Origin: Octopus vulgaris
Lineage: Eukaryota
DNA length: 64,000 nt
NCBI GenBank assembly: GCA_951406725.2
Contig: OX597826.1
Coordinates: 34,844,001 to 34,908,000 of the forward strand
Direction: 5' to 3'
In this document: in pieces, positions 24,187-37,219 of the stretch
Numbering within the stretch: the first letter of the stretch is position 1
Layout: every line of letters begins with the position of its first letter
Notes under the pieces: model-generated
The model's input: the letters and a program-made list of their open reading frames with translations, nothing else
What the model was told of the DNA's origin: nothing
Database searches by the model: none
Program-made: the position numbers and the translations under genes

Positions 24187-25513
24187 AATGGGAGAGATTG
24201 CCTGACGCAGCTACTGCATCATTTTGATGACATTTTGAGAGCCTTGGGAGAAGGTTCCAACACTGATGTCATCTACCTTGATTTCAGCAAGGCCTTTGAC
24301 AGGGTTGATCATAAGATCCTTCTGAGAAAGCTGTCCAATATTGGTATCACTGGAAAGTTGCTGCAGTGGATCAAGTGCTTCCTGTCTAACAGAACCCAAC
24401 ATGTTGTAGTCGAAGGAGTCAAATCCATCCCAGCCAAAGTCAGCAGTGGTGTCCCACAAGGCACTGTGTTGGACCCACTTCTCTTCATCATCTACATAAA
24501 TGATATTACTGATGCCATCAAACACAGTAACATCAGAACCTTCGCTGATGACTCCAAGCTCCAGAAGGTCATCAATGGCGTGGATGACCGAATAAACCTT
24601 CAGTCAGACCTACTGGCTGTTGTCCAATGGGCGGAAAAGAATAACATGTTGCTAAATGAAGACAAATTTGAACTGATCCACTTTGGAAGGGAGGACGCTC
24701 TGAAACTCCCATACTCTCTTCGTTCTGGAGAAATTCTCATGGCATCCAACAACATCAGAGACCTGGGAGTAACAGTGGACAACAACATAAGCTGGGCTAC
24801 ACATATAAGCAGCAAAGTTGACATGGCCCGCAGAATGTGTTCCTGGATTCTCAGAACCTTCCAGTCGAGAGATTCCCACGCTATTATCCTTCTCTTCTCC
24901 ACTTTTGCCCGACCCCACCTTGAATACTGCTGTCCACTGTGGTCTCCCTACACAAAACAAAATATTATGAGAATTGAAGCTCCCCAAAGGTCAATCACAA
25001 AAAAGATAGATGGCATGTCAGACCTTGACTACTGGGGTAGACTAGAGAAGCTGAAATTGTATTCACTCCAACGACGCCGTGAACGCTACATTATCTGTAT
25101 GATGTGGAAAATATTCCACCAGCACTGTCCGAATGATGTTGGCATCACCTTCAAAATGCATCCAAGGCTTGGACCACGTGCCATCCGTCCACAACAAAAA
25201 TCTAAATCGCATCACATAACGACAATACGGCACAACTATTTCACCTCAATTGGACCTGCTCTCTTCAACATTACACCAGGGCACGTCAAAAAAGAAACTG
25301 ACCACACAAAATTCAAGAAGTCTTTGGACAAATTCCTTCAAACAGTACCGGACAAACCACCCACACCCGGATATGTCTCCGCAAACAATAACTCTCTGCT
25401 CGAATGGGCCTTGGTGCCCAAATCCTGAACTGAAAGACTTCACCAGGTGGTGCTATTAAGTTAGACATGGCCTGGGCCAATACTGGCCAAAACCTTTCTA
25501 AGTTATTCCAAGT
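24187..25513 (+). mobile_element. 5'-truncated CR1-type LINE with an open RT/C-terminal frame (stop at 25428)
   Basis: YLDFSKAFDRVDH, SGVPQGTVLDPLLF, FADDSK, RDLGV, RPHLEYCCPLWSP, LQRRRER. Short 3' UTR ending in TTCYAAGTT repeats. Possible TSD TATATGT. Confidence 0.95.
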
Positions 25514-25514
25514 T

Positions 25515-25531
25515 ATATGTGTGTGTATATG

Positions 25532-25571
<40 letters not shown>

Positions 25572-25582
25572 TGTGTGTATGA

Positions 25583-25627
<45 letters not shown>

Positions 25628-25815
25628 TATGTGAGCGTGTGTGTATGGGGGTGTATATCCTCTTTTATATTTATTTATTTTTATATATATATGTGTGTAG
25701 ATATGTGTGTGTATGTATGAGTATGGGTATGGGTGTGTACGTAGATGTATGTAAATGGGTGCATATGTACATGTGTATATGGATGTATGTGTGTATGTGT
25801 ATGTATGTATGTATG

Positions 25816-25864
<49 letters not shown>

Positions 25865-26045
25865 GTATAAGTGAGAGTCTCCTTATTTACCTAAACTCTA
25901 TTCTATTTATTCTTTTATCTACTTTATCACTGATTCCTTTGACCACTCCCGTAAGAATGATAGTTTGCGCCATGCCTACCCCAAAAAGTCCCCCACCACC
26001 ACCCCTTTAAACCTGCCTAAGTGTATAAATGCCAAAACTATTCTT
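25515..26045. repeat. Distal part of the right arm of the long inverted repeat
   Basis: Reverse complement of 22438-22856, apart from an extra ~110 bp at 25591-25702. Confidence 0.88.
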
Positions 26046-26061
26046 CTATAAAATAAATATA

Positions 26062-26105
<44 letters not shown>

Positions 26106-26239
26106 CATATATAATGAGAATTTGTATATTGAATATATGTGTGGATATCGCGTGTACGTATTTTTTAATAGTATTTTATATATATATTTGTATTCTTACT
26201 TCTTTTATTTTATTTGATTTATGTGTATTTGTGGATGTA

Positions 26240-27290
26240 GTGAAAGGGGTAGATTGAGCACCTAGGTTTTAATAAAGCCGTGGAGAAGGCAATCTGTCTA
26301 GGAGAAGGTAACTCCGAATTCAAATACTTCACTGCTGTCTTACAGTTAGCCTTTGGTTGGACAAAGACTAGAAGGACACTGCTATAAAAACCATTGGAGA
26401 AGTTAAACTCCGGGATAATAAAACATGTGATCTCCTTAATCACCCAGTCATCTTGCTTTGGTTTGTCACTGGATATCAGATTCTGGGGAAGGAGTGGGTG
26501 CTATACGTGCCGTACAAACGTGAGGCGTTGATATTTAAATGTACAGATATCTCTTCAAGTCCCACGGCAATGGAATAGTGGCGACATGTGCAGGTTTAAC
26601 GGGCTGGATGCACATAGTCACGAATCAGCATGTGGGCGGCTCAGGGTCCATCTAACGTCGCAGCATTGTTGAAAGAACAGCAGCATACTTCGGCGAGGTC
26701 GAGAGCGTCTGAGCAGCCCTCTCTGGGGTAGCATTGCTCACTCAGAAATCTGGGAAAGGTCAGAAAAGGTGACTCAAGCAAATGCCTGTTCTACCATCAA
26801 GATGGTCAGCAACCAGCAGCCGATGGCTCTTCACTGCAGGGAGAATACAAAGAGAAAACATGCCAACAAGAAGTCTAGATTATGGGTAGATGTATGGAAT
26901 GTCAGGACACTTCTTGATCATGATGGGTGAAGTAACCCTAAACGGCGAACTGTCATAATAGCCAAGGAGTTGGCTTGGTATAACATCAACATTGCTGCAC
27001 TCTGAAACTCGGTTGAGTGATGAAAATCAATAGACTGAAACAGGTGCTGGACACACATTCTTTTCGAAGGGTAATCCAAAGGGCAAAAAACGAATAGGGG
27101 GGTGTTTTTGCCATTCGTACCGAGTTAACCCACAAAATAGAACAACCTTATGGTTTCGCTGAGAGGATTGTGTAACTTCGATCTCTATAATGCAATCGTT
27201 TTGTGTCTGTTATTTTTGTTTATGCTCCTACTCTTGAGAGCAGCAGTGAATCTATTATGTCTTTGTATGAGTAAATTCAATACACAAAGT
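26240..27290 (+). mobile_element. RTE (BovB-like) LINE 5' UTR plus AP-endonuclease N-terminus, degenerate
   Basis: UTR motif GGCAATCTGTCTAGGAGAAGGTAACTC. Peptides WNVRTLLD, KRRTVIIAKELAWYNINIAAL, ETRL and GAGHTFFSKG. Confidence 0.85.
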
Positions 27291-27299
27291 CAACACGAC

Positions 27300-28039
27300 G
27301 AAGTACGTTTAGACAGCTATTTAATAAACACGAAAACGTGTTTTGATACAACATCGATCCAAATATACACAAGATTTAAATTAAGCAACGGTTTACTGTA
27401 TAAGGATCCGAACATGACGGTTGTGAGGATGCAAGCACCACCAAAAGTGACTGTGTAGTGCAGAATGACAGCAAGAGGAGTCGTCAGCCCATATCTTCTG
27501 CGTGACAGCATGAATACAGACAGGCTATCTTCAGATGCTCGAAAATAAGGTGTGGCCCACAGTATTTGGCTGGGATAACATGCGTTACCTGATATTCATG
27601 CATAATGGTGCACCACCCCATTTTGCTCTTACTGTGGGTGTGTGGTTAGACCAACCTTTTCGAGCACGTTATATGAGACGATACGGACCTCATGAATGGC
27701 TTCCAAGAAGTTCAGATTTCACTCCATATGATTTTTACATGTGGAGTTACACAAAATAGTTGTACAACACAAAACCTCGCACACTTGAGGACTTGCAGAC
27801 ACAAATTCAAGAGGTTCTCAATGATATTCAAGACGAGGTCCTCCAAACCTTTTTCCTTCCATCCTTGGGCGTTTCAGGAAACTGGTTGATACCACCGGTG
27901 CTTACGTTGAAATATGAATATTTACATTCATTTTCCCATCTAATAAAGGACATGTATCATTTGTTTCAATAAATTTTAGAAGCTATATAGATTTTATTAT
28001 CTATTTTTAATGCCTACTTACTTTTCACCCACCCTGTAT
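27300..28039 (+). mobile_element. Tc1/mariner-superfamily transposon 3' part with right TIR
   Basis: FMHNGAPPHFA and WLPRSSDFTPYDFYMWSYTK (compare WPPRSPDLTPCDFFLWGYLK), KPRTLEDL. Ends TACTTTTCACCCACCCTG|TA. Confidence 0.88.
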
Positions 28040-28067
28040 ATATATACATACATACATACACACATAC

Positions 28068-28124
<57 letters not shown>

Positions 28125-28559
28125 GACATATATGTCATATAGACTTATCGAGTTTAGGTTTAGCATGTTCGGGGAATGTAAGGTTTCGGACGTGTAAAGT
28201 TCATCTATAGAAATAACGAACTGAAACAAGCTGTTTAATTAATATCAATAGGTATTTTGCTTTTTTGGTGTTAATAGAAACTAAACCTTGATTTCTGCAT
28301 GAATGATATTATCAAAGTATTCGCTGAGCATCACGCATGAGGTTTAGGTTGTTTACGTGTGAAGTTTAGGATGACATGAGCTGTTGAAACATATTCGTAA
28401 TATCTTAGAGTCTGTGCTTGTGAGAAATGGCACCGCGTGTATTGTCTACACATAGAGAGTATTGCAAGTAAAAATTAACACGTGTTATCCCTGATTTGAT
28501 AGTTGGTGCATTAGCGATGATTGAAAAGTCACACGGTGCAATGTTGAGATTTGAGAGGA

Positions 28560-28690
28560 TGTTACTGTGATGACTGATGCGACAGAGTCTGTTAGCAGCA
28601 AAATAAATGGAAAAAAGTGGTGGACCTTGTTTAACTCCGTTATCGATAGAAATTGGTTCCAATAGCTTTTGACTGTCTAGAGGTAAAAAG
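28560..28690 (-). mobile_element. Short RTE-type RT fragment
   Basis: EPISIDNGVKQG-PPLFSIYFAA (compare GVKQGCVLAPTLFSIFF). Confidence 0.55.
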
Positions 28691-30020
28691 CAATGAATAG
28701 ACATGCATTTAGAATATATATATAGTTAATTAGATATTTCTGTACACCAGTATTTCTATTCCTTCATTATGTGGAGTGTTCGGAGAAGTATATTTGACAT
28801 TTTGATCGTTACGAGTTCGGCAAGATATATAGAATCTATATTTAGGTGAAGAGTATTCGATGAAAGAAAAAACACATTCGATTTTGCCCTGCTTCTGTGC
28901 AGGGTAATAAAGTTTCAAGGGTTTGTACTTATTTTACTATTTGCATTTAGTATGTTAATGGTTTTCTTCAACGCATATGCAAACATGCTTTCAAATGCAT
29001 AACTTATTAAAATTTCATGCATATAGTTCCCAAGACCATTTCCTAGAGTGTGCCGAGGGAATTTTTATGACAAAAAGTATAATTCTATTAAATAAGCTAA
29101 TTCTAAAGGAAGAAATGATTTTAAAGTTTATTTTGTATTGTTTTTGTTTAGTAATTTCCGCTGCCGCTTACCGTTTCATTATACGCTTGTGAAACTCAGA
29201 GACAGATAACTTTTAAACAATTCACAAATTACCTTCAACTTCGATATTTCAAATAAAATTATTTAGTTCTCCTACAACGTCAATTTGCGTAATTTCAATT
29301 TTGATAAGTTTGTAGGATTGACAAAGAGAAAGCGGAATAATGGCTCCAAGATTATGTCTATTTATCAGTCAAAGATTGAAATTTAGCAAAACTAAAACTA
29401 TACAAAAACTGTGGCATGTTAGCATTACTGTTTTTCCTTTTTTTATATATATATATTATTAGGTTGTAATTGTGTCTGCGGATAAGTGAAGCTAATTTCG
29501 CGTTTGTTCTATATTTACGAAGCATGATAGCATTAGAAAAGATCAAATAAATGATTTGAAGAATATCTATTTATTGGTAAGAGAAACTTTTGTTTTATCT
29601 TTCATTTGAATGATGGCATTTTGAAAATTGCATTCATCTTTACATTTCCCTTGATAATTACTTTTGTTAGTGCTTTCTCAAAATATTATTTGGTTATTCT
29701 GCCATATTCTACGTACTTGTCTGGCGTTTCCTCCTGTATTCCGCTGCAGTAAATGCTAATGCATGCATATAAGGTGTAAATATATCAAAGCATCATACTT
29801 CATATTGATTACTCTTTACCGTATTACAATGCATACCTAAATATTGCTGCCAGGTAGAATTGTTCTCGTATCGATATTTATAGAAATTATGCGTGTCTCT
29901 CGTAAGATGATATTCAAATATTTAAAACTTTTGTTCAGATCTTTCTTTTCCTTCTCTTTCTCTCGTTATTACGATATGTCTATATATAATATATGTGTGT
30001 GTGCGTGTGTGTAAATATAT

Positions 30021-30054
<34 letters not shown>

Positions 30055-30198
30055 CGTATTTTTATATCTATTATATATTACATATATAGATACATATATA
30101 TATTCATATATATATATATAAATATATATTTACGTATCTTTATATATATATATATATATATATATTCGCGTATATATACATATATATATACGTATCTT

Positions 30199-30245
<47 letters not shown>

Positions 30246-31245
30246 GCGTATATATATACACCTTTGCATATATATGTGAGTGTGTGTGTGTATTTACGTA
30301 CGTATAAATTCCAAAGATCTATACAAATATTATCAATGTACAAGATTTGTATGTGATAATTATTTTAGCACAAAACATAATATTTGGTTATGTTTTTCGA
30401 TAACATCGAGAAGAGCATCAATATAAACAAACTAAATAACAATGAAGTAATTCATATTTGAAATTAGATAAGACAACAGAAAACCACTAAACATAATAAC
30501 ATCTTCTTGTATAACAAAACCATTAAGAAATATACAGGTTTAGGTGAACTACTGCAGCGCTTATCTCTATGGACCGAGTCTTTTCAAATATAAAACAATC
30601 ATACGTATAAGTCATCTGAAATAACATTTGACATTTTTAATGATAATCATTCCAAACAAAGTACACGAAATCTTTGTTGAACTTTATATCTGCATTATTT
30701 CTATTCAAAATTTGCTCAGAATATTCACGTTGAATTATTTTTACCAATACGATTTCACTGGCCAAAAATTATTGTTTCAAAAATTCATACAATAGCTTTT
30801 CTTTGATACACTGTTCACTAAATGCTGAGAGGCGACTGCAGGTCAATGAAACTAAGACAGCAGAATCAATTGGTTTATTTTGAATATGTTTGTGAAAAAC
30901 TGGAAATAAGTTCTGCAACAGTAGCCACAATTGCACAGTAAAGACACGAGGACAGCTTTCACTTGCCAACTGTGAAGTGTGAAATAATTTATACGACAAC
31001 AGGATTTCAATAGTAAAACAAAACAGTAGTTATATTAGTAATAATTGCAGCAGTACTGATGAGACACAGAGAAGCATATTACGTGATATTTAAGTTGATG
31101 TTACACAGCTTTTACTCTATAATAAAACCGTCATCGTCAGCGTATTATAAGCACCAGAGAACATTGAAAGCACAAAAATATAAAGTATGAGTAACTCAAG
31201 AACAAACCGTTACTAAGTAACATTTAAAAGCATAAGTATCATATG

Positions 31246-31447
31246 TGGCGGAATCGTTAATACTCCTGGGAAAATATTTAGCGGTATTTCGTTGTCTTTA
31301 CGTCCTGTGCTCAAATTTCGTCAAGGTCGACGTTGCCTTTCGTCATTTCTTAGTCGATAAATTATGTACCAGTCGAGGACTGGGGTCGATGTAATCAACT
31401 TAACACCTCCCCCCAAAATTGCTGACCTTGTGCCCAAATTTGAAACT
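31246..31447 (+). mobile_element. tRNA-derived SINE (dominant family), diverged
   Basis: TGGCGGAATCGTTA head, GTCGATAAATTATGTACCAGT core, CCTTGTGCCCAAATTTGAAAC tail. Confidence 0.85.
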
Positions 31448-31565
31448 AATATTGTTACAATAGGCTATAGAGTATTTCTCGGTTTTACCAACACTACTAC
31501 TAATAATAATAATACAACTATTAGTACCACCAACACTACTACTACAACTGCTACTCCTACTACTG

Positions 31566-31596
<31 letters not shown>

Positions 31597-31632
31597 ACCG
31601 TATCATATGCAAGCTAATAACAGCAGTACAAT

Positions 31633-31774
31633 GTTACTTATTTTTGTCGACTTATTTTTATGGACCTCAAAAGGATGAAATGTAGTCGACTCCCACGGAT
31701 TTCGAACGCACAACAAAAGAACAGACGCTTAGCATTTTGGTCGGCGTGCTAATAATTCTGTCAACTCGCTGCCC
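31633..31774 (-). mobile_element. SINE fragment (dominant family)
   Basis: AAGGATGAAA..GTCGAC..GGCGTGCTAATAATTCTGTCAACTCGCTGCC. Confidence 0.7.
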
Positions 31775-32829
31775 TACGACATACTGTAATATTGCGGTAA
31801 AATACTGGAACATGTTGCTAACTTTTGTAATTATATTGACACACATACATTTCAGTATATATTTAATGTTGATTAGGAAGAAATTTTGTATTCTTGGTTC
31901 GAAAATTATTGAACTCGAAAAGGTATCAGACCAGTGTATTTCACCCCAGCACCAGAGGCCGTCTCGCAACAATCCTTGTGGGGTACATCTGGATTATAAA
32001 TATTATCCAGTACAGTTTACGTCAAATGAGTAGGTCTACAGCATTGTTTAAATCTCTAGAGCTAAGCCTACCATACAATTCCTACGTTTTGGGCGAACCA
32101 ATAACATATTGAACATCTTCCTTTGTTTATTTCAAGAATATATATATATAGGTTACCGATGTGAAACTCAGCAAATAAAAGAGGTTGTTGAAAGAAGTGT
32201 TTTACGAGAAGGAAATAGTTTGCATCGAATTAGGTGCGCTCCTTTAATGCCCTTACTTTCAGAATTGAAGTGAGAGAACGCTGAAAGCATGCAGCTAACG
32301 ACGATATTGTCCACAACTTTCACAAAAAATAGCATAAGTAAACGTAATTTAATATCACTTAAAGTTTGACGCTATTGTATCAAATAAACTGATTCAGGTG
32401 TGAGTCAAATGTCACCTACATATTAATCTCAAGCCAAATTTTCTTAGAAGCCTACATCGCTATTTGTTAAGATTGCTTTAATACATTTCTCCATCTGTGC
32501 TTGGCCATAGAACATTTCATCAACAATGGACATGATAGCTTGTCGAGAAAATGTTCGGTTGCACTTATAGTCTACAACTTAATGCTCAAACTGGTGCAAT
32601 TAAATCTGAATATAGACCACTGGTGCAAAAATTATATCAAAAACATCCAGAAATACTCCTGGTATTTTCCTGTTTATGTGCAGCTCTAGAATATTGAATT
32701 TGTCACAAAATAATCCCCTAAAAGTAGGAGCCACTTAATGTTCAAACAACAAATATTTTTGCATTCTCTCTTTTCTGTACCCACCTTTATTTTCTCTTTG
32801 TGTGTATGAATACAATATATATATAAATA

Positions 32830-32834
32830 AATAG

Positions 32835-32873
<39 letters not shown>

Positions 32874-32941
32874 AATAGATAGACAGATAGATAGATAGAT
32901 AGACAGATATAAAGACAGACAGATACAGATAGATAGATAAG

Positions 32942-33036
<95 letters not shown>

Positions 33037-33040
33037 GTAG
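32830..33040. repeat. (GATA)/(GA)/(GACA) microsatellite
   Basis: Direct reading. Confidence 0.95.
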
Positions 33041-33688
33041 GTATACAGAGAGATAACTTCATTGAGTGGAAGTTGTTGATTTGTTGCGAAGAATATATTT
33101 CTTCTTTGAAAGGAAATTGTTTTCTGTATACTTTCTTTTCAATGCAGAGTAGGCTTTCATAATAACACATAATAATCTGGTCAATTTTGATATTTTTAAA
33201 ATCTTATTCCTACTTTCTTCCCATTTATTTTTCTTCCTGAAATGCTTAGAATTCTCTAGATTTAGTCGAAAGTTTTGGATAAAATAATTTTACCAACTTC
33301 ATACGTTAATATTTATTTTCTTCAGAAGATAAATGTTAGACTCACCTGACAATGGTACTATTGTCATGTAATATATCGAGCCGATTCTCATTTCTTTATT
33401 TCAAGATTAGTTGCAATAAAATATGAAGAATTCCGTATTTTTATATTTTGCCACTTATGTTCTCTATGGTTATTCATGAGAGAAGATATTTGATTAAACT
33501 CTTCACGTAGTTTGATAGATTGGCAGCGTTTCCTAATAGTGAGTAATTCGAAAATCTTGTTGTAAATGTTCTCGTAACAACCACTGGATGTTACATTATT
33601 TAATATAAAAACACACATATACCAGCACAGTGACTGTATTTATATCTCTATATAGAAATATGTACAAATGTCTTTGTACATATGTACG

Positions 33689-33719
<31 letters not shown>

Positions 33720-35079
33720 TTTATTGCATACACGCGCACACACACATATTTATATAAAATATGAATGCCTATGCAGACATTGAAATATATTCGAGTAAAT
33801 GTTATATTACATGATACGATACTCGATGTCAGTTACGAGAGTAAATGTGTGTGTGTGTGTGTTCATGACTTTGTGCGAGTGTGTGTGTTTGCATACATAT
33901 ATGTATTATGAAGGAGGAGATAGACACGAAGAGAAAGAGAACGGTGGGGGAAGGTAAATATTAACGAAAGCAGTATTAGTTTGGTGATTAAAATCGGAAA
34001 AGAGTTTTCTCGTTTCGGATTCTTGCTCTTCACCAGAGGAAAGAGAGAAAAGAAGTCAAATAGAAGAATGGATGCGATTAGGTTGCTGAAAGGATAAACA
34101 ATAGCGAAAAAAGAAAAGAAAAAGGGAGAAAGAAAGAAAGATAGAAAGAAGTGAAAAAGGGAAAACTATTTATCTATATATAGAAGGAAGAGAAAAATGA
34201 TGGAAAATGGGAAGAGATAAAAGAGGCGACGAGAGGAAGAAGCAAAGGAGAAAATAGAAAAATAAATAAGATTACATACCTTCGGGAGATACGACGAGGA
34301 ATAGTGTAACAAAAAAAATGGGATGTCTGTGAAAGCATTAGAAAGGAACCGAGGAACACAGATTGATAGAAAGTACAAGGAGTGGGACAAATTTTGAAAA
34401 TGTTTGAGTTTAACGATTAAAATGAAAGGAGAAAGAGCCGTGGCTTTTCGGACATTTGTGCTTCAAAAGAAGACAAATACAAAAGAAAAATGAAGCAGGA
34501 GAGTTAATGAAAACATATTTTGCTGGAGGTATAGAAAAGGAAAAAATAAGGATGGTAGAAAATTTACATACATGCATATACGCGCGCGCGCATGCACACA
34601 CATATCATTTAAATTCGTGTATGGTAACGTTAGGGGTATGCAAATAAAGCTTCTGTTTCATTATGCCAGCTATCGTCCAATGATACTAAATGCTAAGTCA
34701 GTTTTTCGGGGTTGTATCATAGTTATACCGATATGATATAGGATAAATATAACAATAATTCCAGGATGGAATTTATAAAAATACAATAAATCACTACGCC
34801 CGCTTCCACAAATCACGTGATTTTGACATCAGACTCGGTATCCTTGGGGTTCGTACAGTATCATCTGTATTATAGCCGAGCCAACCATGGCTAACTGAAC
34901 TCTATATAACGATAGAATGGTGCAAAATCTCATCAATAGCATAGACAGACCCAAACAATTAGAAATGTAATACATACATAAGGAAAATGAGTGCACTATT
35001 ACAATAGGAAGAAGAAAGTGGTACACTCCTCAGAAAAGGGAAAAAATAGTATAATGTGTAACTGAAGACGTAAGAAAGG

Positions 35080-35390
35080 ATGCAGATTCAGCAAACAACT
35101 GCATGATACTGAATGTAGTGTACAAATGTAAGTTCAAGGCAAAAACGCAGAAATATGTGTACATTGGTACTACCGCAAACACCATGATAAATCGTCTGAG
35201 AAACCACCTCTCATCGTTTTCCAAAATAAATAAAAAGACACTCCCCATCTCTGTCGAATACACAATCCACCGGTCCATTATAAAAAATGTTGCATCATAT
35301 AATGGGACTACCCGAGTATGCAACATATGCCTTGAGGAAAACCTGGAAGTAATAATATCCAGGGAAAATGTGATGAATAGACATTCATGA
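35080..35390 (+). mobile_element. Penelope-like element GIY-YIG endonuclease remnant
   Basis: CMILNVVYKC..YVYIGTT..RLRNHLSSF..SYNGTTRVCNICLEE. A decayed hammerhead-like motif follows at 35659-35694. Confidence 0.85.
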
Positions 35391-35811
35391 AATGTGAAAA
35401 AAGTATTTTAAAAAGAAGTAACAAATTATAGAACAGTGAAGGAATCCAAACAAATAAATGAACATACTAATGTTTAAGACGCTACAAACTATAACAACAG
35501 AAACATTGAAGAAAAAGTTACTATAAGAGGGATGGTATTAATCAATTTGGTCAACATACACCACGTACAGCAACTGACCACGTGTTGGGTTCAGAATTTA
35601 TTTAGGATAGTCACGTGTTGAATGAAACAGAACAAAGAAATGTACTACCATCCTTAGATCTGCTGAATGAATGACCATCCATAAAACCTGCAGAACGAAG
35701 AGCAAATAAATCCAACACCACCACACGCACTTCTATCTACTATTACTACCATTCCCTCTTCTACTTTCATTACCTACCTCCTATAAAGTATATATATAAA
35801 TACAAAGATGA

Positions 35812-35873
<62 letters not shown>

Positions 35874-36199
35874 AACGTCAGTTAATGTGTTGGCTCGAGC
35901 TGTGTATTACTTGATGCGATTTTAGATAGAATAATATTTCCTTCCAACGGTTCAAATCTGATTGCAGTTGTTGTTATAGATGTGATTCTGGGATCACAGT
36001 TTTCTTAATATCAGAGCAGATCTTTTTGTTAATACTCCTATCTGAAGAATAACTGATAAAGTTTCAGAGGCTGAGCCAATATACTTTAATATAAACGTGG
36101 ATCATTTCTTTAAAGTCTGGTGATTTAAGTTTCCGGCAAATGATTTTCTGAAGAATGTAAACCGATACAGTCTCGATGTTATAATGTTGAAGCGAAACC

Positions 36200-36760
36200 A
36201 ATATCAGGTGGAGGAGTACCAATCATTATAAATGGGCATGGTCTGACTGCTGCTGTGTGAACGATACTCCTAAGTTTGTCTGAAAGTTGTGTGGAATTTG
36301 ATTTCTCACCGTTTCTCTAGCTAGAAAATAATGGTCGTGTTTTGAAATGTGCAAGTTTTGTATACAGTTTATATTACGTCTTCACTCAGCACTCACTCCA
36401 GTTTGGTTTTATGAAAGATCTTTCCTCACTGATTGACCTTGGTGTATCTAAACGAATGGTTTTCATAGCAAAACGTATTGTGATGGGTGATAGTCTCAAA
36501 TAATTTCAGAAGATGATTTTGCCAAGCAAAGAAACTGTCAAACTGTTGCAAACGTTTCTACAGTGTGTGAGATGTAATGCAAAAGTATGTGCTTATGATA
36601 CGTAAGCTTTGATAAGATATAGTTCATAGGAGAGAGACTCATAGACCATTGTCAGTGACTTGGCAGACACCTTTTCACTAAAGAAATTATGACAAAATTC
36701 ATTACCATTGGTGTTCGAGACCTTCAGAAGAAACCAAATGTAATGTGTGAGACTCACATC
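36200..36760 (+). mobile_element. Possible very old mariner remnant
   Basis: KLCGI*F-HRFS..ENN (compare WVPHEL) and GVRDLQKK (compare GIRKLPERW), only across frameshifts. Confidence 0.3.
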
Positions 36761-36833
36761 ACACCCACTCATACGTACATATCCACACGCAAACATATAT
36801 GTATGTATATAAGAGTATAGAAATGCATGTATG

Positions 36834-36895
<62 letters not shown>

Positions 36896-36914
36896 TGTAT
36901 ATATGTATATATAT

Positions 36915-37136
36915 AGAAGAGTAAGCACATAAATGCGAAACAAGGTGGGAAAGCAAGTACTCGAATACCAGAGGAAGAATGATATGCTTTACTAAAAAGC
37001 GGCAAAAATATCACAAAAACTGTTACTCAGTTTCGCGTTCCCGTTCGTTTTCCTTTGGATTCTAAACAAATCTGTCCGATGAACGGGTACGTGAAACTCT
37101 GAGTAACAGTTTCTGTGATATTGCTTTTTAATAAAG

Positions 37137-37138
<2 letters not shown>
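36915..37138. mobile_element. Small fold-back element inserted in (TA)n
   Basis: Inverted arms GCTTTACTAAAAGC..AATATCACAAAAACTGTTACTCAG-TTTCGCGTTCCCGTTC vs GAACGGGTACGTGAAACTCTGAGTAACAGTTTCTGTGATATT-GCTTTTTAATAAAGC. (TA)n on both sides. Confidence 0.75.
37072..37109 (+). ncRNA. Compact type I hammerhead-like motif (U4C core variant)
   Basis: CTGT-CCGATGA-ACG(GGTA)CGT-GAAA-CTC(T)GAG-TA-ACAG. Helices I, II and III all pair and the cleavage triplet is GUA. Confidence 0.6.

Positions 37139-37219
<81 letters not shown>

Noticed and set aside
24115-25428. 437-aa ORF as a host gene or autonomous element
   Set aside because: The first ~24 codons are microsatellite. The rest is a 5'-truncated CR1 ORF2 lacking the endonuclease and the RT N-terminus.
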